Positions 10,545 through 19,415 are shown, counted from the stretch's first letter. The stretch: 64,000 bases of DNA from an uncultured Candidatus Saccharibacteria bacterium (GCA_964610055.1 CAZSUC010000001.1:6021-70020); one strand, 5' to 3'. Numbers and translations: made by a program. The notes: generated by a model from the sequence alone, not told the origin.

Positions 10545-11240
10545 ATGAGGCCTGGTCCAAAACCAAAGGGCTGCGTATCTATTCAATGGTCATCAAAATT
10601 CGCTTATGCAATTGGTCTTCTTGTAGCAGATGGCTGCTTACTCAATGATGAACGACACATTGATTTTACATCCAAAGATTTAGGACAGATACAAACATTT
10701 AAAAAATGCTTGGGACTCAAAGTAAAAATCGGTACAAAAATATCAGGAACAGGCAAAAAATCTTACCGCATACAATTTGGGGACGTACTATTTTACAAGT
10801 TTCTTATACAAATCGGACTATCTACAGCAAAATCAAAAACAATATCGGGTGTTTCTGTGCCCAACCAATATTTCCCTGACTTTCTTCGAGGCTATTTTGA
10901 CGGAGATGGAACTAGTTATTCTTTCTATGATTCTATATTTCCAAAAAGTTATAGATTCTACATTGGATTTACGACTGCCAGCCCTAAGTTTGTCCATTGG
11001 TTAAGAAAGAAAATCAAAGATCTAGTACACGTAAAAGGACATATTTTCAATTATCCCAACAATAACTATTTCCAACTTAAATACTCAAAGCGTGAAGCCG
11101 TGGCAATTTGTCAATACATGTACAAGAAAAACAGTATCTACTTTTTAAAAAGAAAATATTTGAAAATTCAAAATTCTATACGCATAATCAATCAATGCCG
11201 AGGTGGTGAAATTGGTAAACACGCTACGTTCAGGTCGTAG
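10545..11240 (+). CDS. Single-chain double-motif LAGLIDADG homing endonuclease
   Basis: Two LAGLIDADG-type motifs, FAYAIGLLVADGCL and FLRGYFDGDGTS, about 95 aa apart. The region is AT-rich with Lys-rich codon usage unlike its neighbours. The last 14 codons overlap tRNA-Leu. Confidence 0.75.
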   Translation: MRPGPKPKGCVSIQWSSKFAYAIGLLVADGCLLNDERHIDFTSKDLGQIQTFKKCLGLKVKIGTKISGTGKKSYRIQFGDVLFYKFLIQIGLSTAKSKTISGVSVPNQYFPDFLRGYFDGDGTSYSFYDSIFPKSYRFYIGFTTASPKFVHWLRKKIKDLVHVKGHIFNYPNNNYFQLKYSKREAVAICQYMYKKNSIYFLKRKYLKIQNSIRIINQCRGGEIGKHATFRS

Positions 11241-11280
11241 TGCTCGCAAGGGCTTGCGGGTTCAAGTCCCGCTCTCGGCA
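11197..11280 (+). tRNA. tRNA-Leu(CAG), type II with a long variable arm; no CCA encoded
   Basis: Manual cloverleaf: acceptor GCCGAGG/TCTCGGC (7 bp, 1 G-U), D stem GTG/CAC with an 11-nt loop, anticodon stem CTACG/CGTAG with loop TTCAGGT (anticodon CAG), 15-nt variable arm with a 4-bp stem, T arm GCGGG-TTCAAGT-CCCGC, discriminator A. Confidence 0.85.
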
Positions 11281-11525
11281 CAAGAATTACTTATTTTTTA
11301 TTTACAGTTCCCTATTTCTCCATAGTTCCTAATCTAAAAATTAGATTTTACTCGAAACACTATACTAATATTAAATTTAATAATTCTTACCGTCTTCTGA
11401 ACCAGTATCACTGTCTATACCTGTCTAGAAGTCAGAGATATAAGCAATAGAAGATTTGTTATTTGCTCTAATAAAAGATAAAGACTAATTCTTGCTAATT
11501 TCCAGTACCTTTATAAAACACCGTT

Positions 11526-11684
11526 ATGACTCACTATACCTGCACCGAATGCCATGGCGTCTCAGACACCCCTGGCGTTTGCCAAGACCCCGACTGCCTG
11601 AAACAAGAGCAAGAGCTCACTCCTTGCGACTGCACCGACGGCGAGCACGGCGCTGATTACGACGAAGATTACTACGCTCATTAG
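11526..11684 (+). CDS. Cys-rich 52-aa mini-protein (MTHYTCTECHGVSDTPGVCQDPDCLKQEQELTPCDCTDGEHGADYDEDYYAH), possibly a metal-binding ribbon with an acidic tail. It is leaderless.
   Basis: The frame is open with strong 3rd-position C bias (GC3 far above the host average). TTCTTG-17-TATAAA sits about 8 nt upstream of the ATG with no SD. It is below the 60-aa track cutoff. Confidence 0.45.
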   Translation: MTHYTCTECHGVSDTPGVCQDPDCLKQEQELTPCDCTDGEHGADYDEDYYAH

Positions 11685-11929
11685 CTCAAAGTTTGACAAA
11701 TACACTCCCTTCTGCTAAGCTTCATACAGGTACTTCCGTGATGCACGAAAACGCGTGTTTATTTCTGACATTCCTTTTCGCGTCCCACGGCAATCGTTTT
11801 CTGTAATTAAACTTGGTTGTTACCACCCTACTGCTGTAATAACCAGACAAACGAATACCCGTGTGTCCTAGCTATATTTAGCTAATAGTTTTTGACTTTA
11901 ATTTATTTATTAAAATTTAATTCTCAGTA

Positions 11930-13882
11930 ATGAATCAATCTAATTCCGGTACGGCTGTTAAGCGTACTATTCCAACTCCTCCGCCGATCCCTCAGCGGCC
12001 AGCGGCTATTCGTCGTCCTCAATCTACAGTCACCGCGGCTCCAAAAGCTCGTCCCGACTCCAAACGACGCCGTCCTTCTGACAACAATCGTCGTCCTAAT
12101 AATCGCCGTCCTGGCGGCCGCGCTCCGCGTGGCCGTGGAGGTCGCAATGTTGGTGTCCATTTTGGCCCATCCCGCAGCGCCTCTACTCAAGATATTAAAC
12201 AACCACCTCGCAATCCTGATGCCATGCATCTTTTGCCTTTAGGTGGCTTAGAAGAAATTGGCCGTAATTCCGCTGCCGTTGAATACAAAGACAGCATCGT
12301 TATTATCGACATCGGTCTCATGTTCCCGACCGAGAATATGCACGGCATTGACTATATCATCCCTGATATTTCTCCTCTGTATGGCAAAGAGAAAAAAATC
12401 AAAGGTGTGATTATCACCCATGCTCACTACGATCACTTTGGCGGCGCTCCTCATATCTTGCCTAAACTTGGCAATCCTCCCGTTTACGGTTCTGAATTCA
12501 CTACACGTATTTTTCAAAAACGCCACGCTGAATTCCCGGATTATGCTAAACCGCAAATTCACGTTGTCCAACCTAACCAAAGTTTCCGCTTAGGTGATTT
12601 TGAGATTGAAACTTTTCACGTTAATCATTCCGTTCCTAACGCTTTTGGTGTCGTTGTTCGTTCCCCGGCCGGATCTATCGCCTTCACTGGTGATTTCAAA
12701 TTCGACCACAACCCCGTTAACGACAAACCCGCCGACGAAGAACGTATTAAAGAATTAGCTGCTAAAGGCATTAGCGTCCTTTACACTGATTCGACCGGCG
12801 CCGAAAAAGAAGGTCACTCAATTTCCGAGTCAATTATCGAAACTAATCTCGATAAAATTTTCGACGCTCATCCTAACCAGCGCATCATCACCGCTACCTT
12901 CTCCACCATGATCGATCGTCTGCAACAAATGATTTCGGTCGCCGAAAAACATGGTCGGAAAGTTGCGATTGACGGCTACTCCATGAAAACCAACGTCGAA
13001 ATCGCACGTGAAATCGGTTTCATGAAAGTTAAGAAAGAAACTATTATCACCCCTGAAGAAAGCAACAAGCTTCCGCCAGGCAAAGTCCTTATTCTTTGCA
13101 CCGGTGCTCAAGGTGAAGACAACGCTGTTCTTATGCGTTTGGTTAACAAAGAACATCGTAGTCTTGAGTTACAAGCCGGCGACGTTGTTATCTTCTCCTC
13201 GTCAGTCATCCCTGGCAACGAAGCTTCCGTGCAAATTGTTAAAGATCAGATCTACAAACAAGGCGCCGAAGTGTATCACTACAAGATGATGGATATTCAT
13301 TCCGGTGGTCATGGTCATCGCGACGACTTGGTTCACATGATGGAACTGATGCAACCTCAGTACGTTATTCCTGCTCACGGCTATTTCAGTTTCCGTGCCG
13401 AACACGCTAAATTAGCGGTTGCTCACGGCATCCCTCGCGATCACATTCTTTTGCCCAGCAACGGTGAAGTCATTGAAATTACTCCACACAAAGTCCGTCT
13501 CAACGGTGAAAAATATGAAATTAGTCACGTCATGGTTGACGGTCTCGGTGTCGGTGATGTCGGTAACGTAGTTCTACGTGACCGCCAAATCCTTGCCGCT
13601 GACGGTATGGTTGTTTTAATTGCCACCGTTGACGGTCGCACCGGAGAAGTCATTGGCGAACCTGATTTAATCACGCGTGGTTTCATCTATATCAAAGAAC
13701 ATCAACAGTTGGTCAAAGATACCCGCACTAAGATTAAAGACATTATTCGCAAACAAACCGGCAAACGCGGTGAACCGAATTGGACTCACTTGAAAGCCAA
13801 CCTACGCGACGATATTGGTCAATTCCTCTTCCAGAAAACCGAACGTCGCCCCATGGTTTTGCCTGTTATCGTTGAAGTCTAA
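11930..13882 (+). CDS. rnj: Ribonuclease J (metallo-beta-lactamase / beta-CASP) with a ~98-aa Arg/Pro-rich N-terminal extension
   Basis: HAHYDHFGG motif, beta-CASP and C-terminal domain. The catalytic core starts near MHLLPLGGLEEIGRN (alternative start ~12224). Confidence 0.85.
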   Translation: MNQSNSGTAVKRTIPTPPPIPQRPAAIRRPQSTVTAAPKARPDSKRRRPSDNNRRPNNRRPGGRAPRGRGGRNVGVHFGPSRSASTQDIKQPPRNPDAMHLLPLGGLEEIGRNSAAVEYKDSIVIIDIGLMFPTENMHGIDYIIPDISPLYGKEKKIKGVIITHAHYDHFGGAPHILPKLGNPPVYGSEFTTRIFQKRHAEFPDYAKPQIHVVQPNQSFRLGDFEIETFHVNHSVPNAFGVVVRSPAGSIAFTGDFKFDHNPVNDKPADEERIKELAAKGISVLYTDSTGAEKEGHSISESIIETNLDKIFDAHPNQRIITATFSTMIDRLQQMISVAEKHGRKVAIDGYSMKTNVEIAREIGFMKVKKETIITPEESNKLPPGKVLILCTGAQGEDNAVLMRLVNKEHRSLELQAGDVVIFSSSVIPGNEASVQIVKDQIYKQGAEVYHYKMMDIHSGGHGHRDDLVHMMELMQPQYVIPAHGYFSFRAEHAKLAVAHGIPRDHILLPSNGEVIEITPHKVRLNGEKYEISHVMVDGLGVGDVGNVVLRDRQILAADGMVVLIATVDGRTGEVIGEPDLITRGFIYIKEHQQLVKDTRTKIKDIIRKQTGKRGEPNWTHLKANLRDDIGQFLFQKTERRPMVLPVIVEV

Positions 13883-13900
13883 ACTCTGAATTGTCATCTT

Positions 13901-13931
13901 GGCAGCTTGCCTAACAGGCAAGCTGCCTTTA
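13901..13931 (+). terminator. Rho-independent terminator after rnj
   Basis: Perfect 11-bp stem GGCAGCTTGCC / GGCAAGCTGCC with loop TAACA, followed by TTTAT. Confidence 0.7.
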
Positions 13932-13941
13932 TCGTGACAAT

Positions 13942-14931
13942 ATGACTCAAGACTTTGGCCGAATTTTTTCCGGCATTCAACCCTCAGGATCACTCCACAT
14001 CGGTAACTATTTAGGCGCCATGAAAGAATGGGTTCGACTATCTCAAAACTCGGACGCTTTCTTCTGCATTGTCGACGAACACGCTATTACCGTTCCTTAT
14101 GAACCCAAGGATTTACCTGATCGTGTTCTCCAAACCGCCGCCTGGTATTTAGCCGCTGGTATCAATCCTGACCACAGCATCATTTTTGTCCAATCGCACG
14201 TCCCCGCTCACACTGAGTTAGCTTGGCTCCTCATGTCCGTTACGCCTTTCGGCGAACTCTCCCGCATGACTCAATTCAAAGACAAGTCTCTCAAACAAGC
14301 CGATCATACCTCCGCTGCTCTCTTTAATTATCCTGTTTTAATGGCCGCTGATATTCTGTTATACGATACCGACACTGTTCCTGTTGGCGAGGATCAAGTT
14401 CAGCACCTAGAACTCACGCGCGATTTAGCCACCTTATTCAACAAACGCTTCGGTGAAACTTTTAAAATTCCACGCACTCATCTCACCTCTCAGGCCGCCC
14501 GCATTATGTCCCTCACTGACCCAACTAAAAAGATGAGCAAGAGTGATCAGCCTAAAAGTTACATTGCTCTCAACGACGACGCTAACACTATTCGCAAAAA
14601 AATTATGTCTGCCGTCACTGAAACCGAACCAGTTTTCTCTTTTAAAAACAGTGGTCCCGCCGTCACAAACCTCTTGAATATTTACCAAGCCTTTAGCGAT
14701 GAATCCGTAACTGCAATCGAAGAAAAATTCGCCGGCAGCACCTACAAAGATTTTAAAACCGCGTTAGCTGATCTCATTATTGCATCACTCTCTCCTCTGC
14801 AAACCAAATACCAAACCCTGCGCACCGAAGACGACAAACTTCGTATCTTACTTGGTCGCGGCATGCACCAGGCCCAAGCTTACGCTCAACAAACCCTCTC
14901 CCGCGTCAAAACAAAAATGGGATTACTGTAA
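13942..14931 (+). CDS. trpS: Tryptophanyl-tRNA synthetase
   Basis: GSLHIGNYLGA (HIGH region) and KMSKS motifs, 329 aa. Confidence 0.85.
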   Translation: MTQDFGRIFSGIQPSGSLHIGNYLGAMKEWVRLSQNSDAFFCIVDEHAITVPYEPKDLPDRVLQTAAWYLAAGINPDHSIIFVQSHVPAHTELAWLLMSVTPFGELSRMTQFKDKSLKQADHTSAALFNYPVLMAADILLYDTDTVPVGEDQVQHLELTRDLATLFNKRFGETFKIPRTHLTSQAARIMSLTDPTKKMSKSDQPKSYIALNDDANTIRKKIMSAVTETEPVFSFKNSGPAVTNLLNIYQAFSDESVTAIEEKFAGSTYKDFKTALADLIIASLSPLQTKYQTLRTEDDKLRILLGRGMHQAQAYAQQTLSRVKTKMGLL

Positions 14932-14941
14932 TTTGCTCCTG

Positions 14942-16285
14942 TCACGCTGTAATTACCGCCTCAATCTCCTTTTTCTTTTCCGCTAACAGCTCCTGAGTTT
15001 TCGCTTCCATATTCAATCGCAATAACGGCTCAGTATTACTTCCGCGCACATTCGCCCACCATTCTGGATAACTAATTGTTAGTCCGTCTAACTCTAGAAT
15101 TTCAGCGTCCGTAAACAAACTCTTAATTTTTTCCAATATCACTCCTTTATCTTTAACTTCATAATTAAGCTCTGGAGTTTTAGCATATCTTTCTAAGGGC
15201 TTCACTATCGCTGACATTTTTTGGCCTGATTCTTTCAGCATGCGAATAACATACGCCATAGCCAACATTCCTGATTCCGCATACCACGGCGCGAAATAGA
15301 AGTGCCCAGATACTTCTCCCGCAAAAATAGCATTTTCTTTACGCATCTGCGCTTTAATATTTGAATGTCCAACTTTCGACATATTACTCGTTCCTCCTGC
15401 CTCTTCAATTACTTCTTTTACTGTCCGCGAAGATCGCAAATCATACAAAATATGTGCGCCCGGATTTTTCTTGAGCAATTCCTGCGCAATTAAAGCTGTG
15501 GTTAAATCTCCCGGCACTGTTACTCCTTGCTCGGTGCTGAAAAATACTCGATCCCCATCCCCATCAAACGCTACTCCCAAATCTGCTCCGTGTTCTTTTA
15601 CCGCTGCGTTCAAATCCACCATGTTCTTTTCTTCCAACGGGTTAGCTTCATGATGAGGGAATGATCCGTCCGGGTCCCAGTACAATGGCACAACTTCTCC
15701 GCCAATACGTTCAAATACCTCCGCTAATAACACTCCTGCCATCCCATTACCAGCATCAACCACTATCTTCAAGCCATTCGCTATCCCCTCTTCACACACT
15801 TCTTTTAGATATGCCTCTCGCACCGATTGATCCGACGTTACCACCCCTACTTTCACCGGTTCGCTCCACTCTCGTTTCTCGGTTAAATCTCTAATTTCCG
15901 TTAAACCAGAATCGCCTCCAATTGGCACTGCTTCCGCTCGCGTCATTTTTATCCCATTATATTGCCCTGGATTATGGGAAGCCGTCACCATCAATCCACC
16001 ATCAGTTTTTAGATAATGCACCGCAAAATACAATAACGGAGACGTACACAAACCAATATCTATCACATCCACCCCAGCTTCAGTTAGTCCTTGGTGTAAA
16101 TATTTCACCACTTCCGGTGTACTTGTCCGCATATCATAACCCACCACTACGCGCTTGGCGCCTGTATGCACCGCATATGCTCGCCCAATATGATAGGCTT
16201 CACTTGGATCAAATTCATCCGGCACGACCCCCCGGATGTCATACGAATGAAAAATACTTTGATTAAACATAGTTTTATAATACAA
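14942..16285 (-). CDS. Phosphomannomutase/phosphoglucomutase (alpha-D-phosphohexomutase)
   Basis: TASHNPGQYNGIK active-site Ser loop, GDGDR Mg-binding loop. Confidence 0.85.
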   Translation of the reverse strand: MYYKTMFNQSIFHSYDIRGVVPDEFDPSEAYHIGRAYAVHTGAKRVVVGYDMRTSTPEVVKYLHQGLTEAGVDVIDIGLCTSPLLYFAVHYLKTDGGLMVTASHNPGQYNGIKMTRAEAVPIGGDSGLTEIRDLTEKREWSEPVKVGVVTSDQSVREAYLKEVCEEGIANGLKIVVDAGNGMAGVLLAEVFERIGGEVVPLYWDPDGSFPHHEANPLEEKNMVDLNAAVKEHGADLGVAFDGDGDRVFFSTEQGVTVPGDLTTALIAQELLKKNPGAHILYDLRSSRTVKEVIEEAGGTSNMSKVGHSNIKAQMRKENAIFAGEVSGHFYFAPWYAESGMLAMAYVIRMLKESGQKMSAIVKPLERYAKTPELNYEVKDKGVILEKIKSLFTDAEILELDGLTISYPEWWANVRGSNTEPLLRLNMEAKTQELLAEKKKEIEAVITA

Positions 16286-16291
16286 AACTGA

Positions 16292-16600
16292 TTAAATCCC
16301 TCCAACCAAATCAATTTTGGCTGCTAACCGAAAATCTTTTTCCGTTAACTTTCCCCGACCTTCTGTTCCGACTTCTACTATAACCTGACGACTGCCAATC
16401 TCCAGCCCAGGATATTGCCCCACTTCCTCCGCTATCGCTGCTACATCATTAGCAAACAACATCGCTTCCGCAAAGCTGTTAAACTCAAATATCCTTCGTA
16501 ATTTGTCCCCCAAATCCCCTAACTCCCACTGCAATTGAAACTGTTCTAAACATTCTTGCCCTTCTGTATCTATTTTTGTTTTACTATTTTTTCGATTCAT
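16292..16600 (-). CDS. Pterin-4a-carbinolamine dehydratase (PCD/DCoH) family, divergent; the His-His-Pro motif is replaced by Q-Y-P
   Basis: C-terminal GQYPGLEIGSRQVIVEVGTEGRGKLTEKDFRLAAKID aligns with the PCD consensus [37 protein letters not shown]. Confidence 0.45.
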   Translation of the reverse strand: MNRKNSKTKIDTEGQECLEQFQLQWELGDLGDKLRRIFEFNSFAEAMLFANDVAAIAEEVGQYPGLEIGSRQVIVEVGTEGRGKLTEKDFRLAAKIDLVGGI

Positions 16601-16814
16601 GATTTTTGCTTAATGCTTTTATCATGCCGTCTACGTTTTATTACCTCAACTTTATTTTGATCTTGGTAAAAGTATGATACCATATGAAAACACTCGCAAC
16701 AGTCTCCCGTTCTTTTCCTTTTGGCCCCGCATGGAGAGCAACGCCATGTCAACCGCCAATCTTCCTTCTCATTGTTCTTCACTTGGACGCTTACATTCAA
16801 GAGGAATCTTGAAC

Positions 16815-16952
16815 ATGAGCCCCGAAGAACTCACGGAAACTTACCAAGCCTACGGCATTCCCAGAGAAGCTTGGTATTCGCGGGCAAACACAGTGCTCGC
16901 TTTACTCAGAATCGCTGTCTTCGAGCAACCGCTCGGAATCGGCGAAGATTAG
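16815..16952 (+). CDS. Hypothetical 45-aa protein (MSPEELTETYQAYGIPREAWYSRANTVLALLRIAVFEQPLGIGED)
   Basis: AGGAAT Shine-Dalgarno 7 nt upstream, high GC3 codon bias, and an intrinsic terminator 20 nt downstream. It is the in-frame 3' part of track ORF 16674..16952. Confidence 0.35.
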   Translation: MSPEELTETYQAYGIPREAWYSRANTVLALLRIAVFEQPLGIGED

Positions 16953-16974
16953 ATTGGTGGCACGAATCACACAC

Positions 16975-17007
16975 CCCTAAGAGCACAGCTCTCGGGGGTT
17001 CTTTTTA
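16975..17007 (+). terminator. Rho-independent terminator
   Basis: CCCCTAAGAGCACAGCTCTCGGGGG hairpin followed by TTCTTTTT. Confidence 0.55.
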
Positions 17008-17104
17008 CAAAATTATTTCAGTTATTCACTAGCAACTTCACTCAACTTCTGCGATATTAAATATAGATTCGCGTACGTTTCCTTCATATCAGAGCATTTC
17101 TTAC

Positions 17105-19168
17105 ATGCGTATTTTTCGCCAACTCTTTAACCTTTGCTTAATCACTTCGTTACCTTTTGCTCTTTTCGCTCTTTTACTCCTCGCTTATTCCATTCGCATT
17201 TATCGCACTTACGAACTTGGCACAGCTGAGTCAATCATGAATCGTAAGGATACCGGCATTGAAATTGCCGATCAATCCGGACAAGTTTTTTTCGCCTTTG
17301 ACCAAGATCACTTTAGTACGTTCGTTCCGCTTAGCGATATTCCTTTATTCACTCAGACTGCTGTCATTGCTGCCGAAGATAAGAACTTTTACTCCCATCA
17401 CGGCTTTTCTCCCAGCGGTCTTTTCCGTTCAATTTATTTAAATTACCGCACTCACGACCTATCTTACGGCGGCTCTACTATTTCCCAACAATTAGTTAAA
17501 AACTCCTTCTTAACCCCCGATAAAAGCCTACAACGCAAATATTACGAACTTATTTTGGCTCTCAAATTAGAACGCAACTTTTCTAAAAACCAAATCTTAG
17601 AAATGTATCTTAATTCTGCCTATTTCGGCGAGGGTATTTTTGGTATCGAACAAGCCGCTCAAGTCTATTTCGACAAATCCGCACCTAATCTTAATCTCGC
17701 TGAATCCAGCATGCTTGCCGGCCTCTTGCCTGCCCCGGCTGTTCTTTCTCCCTTATCCGGAGAGATCACTGAAAGCCAAAGCCGGCAGCGCTATGTCCTT
17801 GATCGTATGGTGGAAAATAATTTTATCACTGCCACTGATCGCGCCGATGCTCTTACTACTATTCTATCCTTTAATCAACACGGCACCGGTCTTAATCACT
17901 ATGCCCCTCATTTTGCTCTTATGGTTCGCGATCAGCTCATCAATACTTACGGTGAAGAGTATGTGATGCGCTCTGGCTTCAAAGTTACCACTACTCTGAA
18001 TTTAGAATGGCAAAAATATCTCGAAGAAAAATTACCTGAATATATAGCAACTCTCAATCATGTCAACGCCTCTAACGGAGCCGTTGTCGTGCTTGATCCG
18101 CGTACCGGTGCCGTTCGCGCCTTAGCCGGTAGTATCAGTTGGTTTGAACCTAATTGGGGTACAGTTAATATGGCAACATCGCCACGCCAAACCGGTTCCG
18201 CTTTCAAACCGCTTGTCTACGCCACCGCGCTTCAACAACACGTCATCACTCCTGCCAGCGTTATCGCCGACCGCCCCAAAACCTACGCTCCTAATTGGAC
18301 TCCGCAAAATTATGACGGACGTTTCCGCGGTACCGTTACAGCTCGCTTTGCTTTAGGTAATTCTCTTAACATTCCTTCAATTGAAGTAACCCAGCAAACT
18401 GGCCCGTCTGCTATCATCGCTCTCAGTCAAAAACTTGGCATTACCTCTTTTAGTGCAGACGCTTCTCATAATCTTTCTATCGCTCTTGGTACTGAACAAA
18501 TTAGCCTCCTTGAATTAACCGGAGCTTACTCAGCCTTTGCGAATAACGGCAGTTTTAATTCCCCACAATTAATCACTCAAATAATTAACAAAAAAGGGCA
18601 AACTGTCCCCTGGGAGACCGCCGTCCCTCAAGAAGTTATTGATCCCGCTGTCGCCTATCAAATCACCGACATCTTATCTGACAACACTACTCGGCAAATA
18701 ACCTTTGGTAACACTTTAGTTTTGCCTTTTTCTGCTGCGGCGAAAACCGGCACTACTCAAGACTTTCGCGACGCTTGGACGGTCGGTTACACCTCGGAAC
18801 TTGCAGTTGGTATCTGGATTGGAAACAATGACAACTCTTCTATGATAAATCTCCCCGGAGCCACCGGTGCTGCTCCGCTTTGGCGTGATCTCATGCAACG
18901 TTTTACCGGTATACCCGCGCCTACTCGGTCCGATCCGCCTGATACTTTAGTTGCTGTTCGTGTTTGTTCTTCCAGTGGCCTGCTCTTACCCGCCACCAGC
19001 TCGTCTGGCTATATCGAATATTTTGTCTCCGGCACCGAACCTACTCAATACTGTATTATCCCTCAGTCAACTACCAATCCCGTCACCTCGCCTGCTCCCG
19101 CTCAAGTTCCCGCTGCTCCTGCTTCTATCGTCTCGCATTCAGATAACAACAAAACTCCAGAAACATAA
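17105..19168 (+). CDS. Penicillin-binding protein 1A (bifunctional transglycosylase/transpeptidase)
   Basis: N-terminal TM, GT51 motifs (EDKNFYSHHGF, RKYYE), and transpeptidase SxxK (TGSAFKP), 687 aa. Confidence 0.85.
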   Translation: MRIFRQLFNLCLITSLPFALFALLLLAYSIRIYRTYELGTAESIMNRKDTGIEIADQSGQVFFAFDQDHFSTFVPLSDIPLFTQTAVIAAEDKNFYSHHGFSPSGLFRSIYLNYRTHDLSYGGSTISQQLVKNSFLTPDKSLQRKYYELILALKLERNFSKNQILEMYLNSAYFGEGIFGIEQAAQVYFDKSAPNLNLAESSMLAGLLPAPAVLSPLSGEITESQSRQRYVLDRMVENNFITATDRADALTTILSFNQHGTGLNHYAPHFALMVRDQLINTYGEEYVMRSGFKVTTTLNLEWQKYLEEKLPEYIATLNHVNASNGAVVVLDPRTGAVRALAGSISWFEPNWGTVNMATSPRQTGSAFKPLVYATALQQHVITPASVIADRPKTYAPNWTPQNYDGRFRGTVTARFALGNSLNIPSIEVTQQTGPSAIIALSQKLGITSFSADASHNLSIALGTEQISLLELTGAYSAFANNGSFNSPQLITQIINKKGQTVPWETAVPQEVIDPAVAYQITDILSDNTTRQITFGNTLVLPFSAAAKTGTTQDFRDAWTVGYTSELAVGIWIGNNDNSSMINLPGATGAAPLWRDLMQRFTGIPAPTRSDPPDTLVAVRVCSSSGLLLPATSSSGYIEYFVSGTEPTQYCIIPQSTTNPVTSPAPAQVPAAPASIVSHSDNNKTPET

Positions 19169-19201
19169 AAGAAGCCGCTAGTGCTAACCAGCACCAGCGG
19201 C
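19167..19201 (-). terminator. Rho-independent terminator for the minus-strand small gene. The hairpin may also stop PBP1A transcription.
   Basis: 12-bp stem GCCGCTAGTGCT/AGCACCAGCGGC with one mismatch and loop AACC. On the minus strand it is followed by TTCTTTTATGTTT. Confidence 0.6.
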
Positions 19202-19211
19202 CATTCCCTCA

Positions 19212-19415
19212 CTAACCCATATGTGCTTCCCGAAATGTCACCGGATCTCCACAATGAACAATTTGATCAATGAGATCCGCATAACAAAAGCCAGGAACTT
19301 CTTCCTCCAGTTGTTTCTCCAACCACTCGTCAACTTCAACTGCCGTTTTCAGACCTTGCACACCTGGCACCACCCAAACACGATCTTCTTCGCCAACACA
19401 TCCGTGTTCACTCAC
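19212..19415 (-). CDS. Hypothetical 67-aa acidic protein
   Basis: GTG start with an AGGAGGG SD 6 nt upstream and a terminator downstream. A TGCGTTgAACGCA palindrome lies just upstream of the SD. Confidence 0.45.
   Translation of the reverse strand: MSEHGCVGEEDRVWVVPGVQGLKTAVEVDEWLEKQLEEEVPGFCYADLIDQIVHCGDPVTFREAHMG

Noticed and set aside
10477-11280. tRNA-Leu split by a group I intron carrying the LAGLIDADG ORF
   Set aside because: The tRNA at 11197-11280 folds as a complete uninterrupted cloverleaf. There is no room for a group I core outside the ORF.
12248-13405. Minus-strand ORFs inside rnj and ORF 11924..12229 (minus)
   Set aside because: Shadow ORFs. The rnj extension region is Arg-rich, so its antisense is also open.
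16601-17104. tmRNA, RNase P RNA or SRP RNA in the GC-richer island
   Set aside because: Diagnostic motifs are absent on both strands. There is no P4 GGAAAGTCCGGGC/CCCGGCTTA, no GGAAGCAGC, and no GGTTCGAnTCC T-loop with a CCA end.
19169-19201. Hairpin after PBP1A as a plus-strand terminator
   Set aside because: There is no U-tract on the plus strand. It is assigned to the minus-strand small gene instead.
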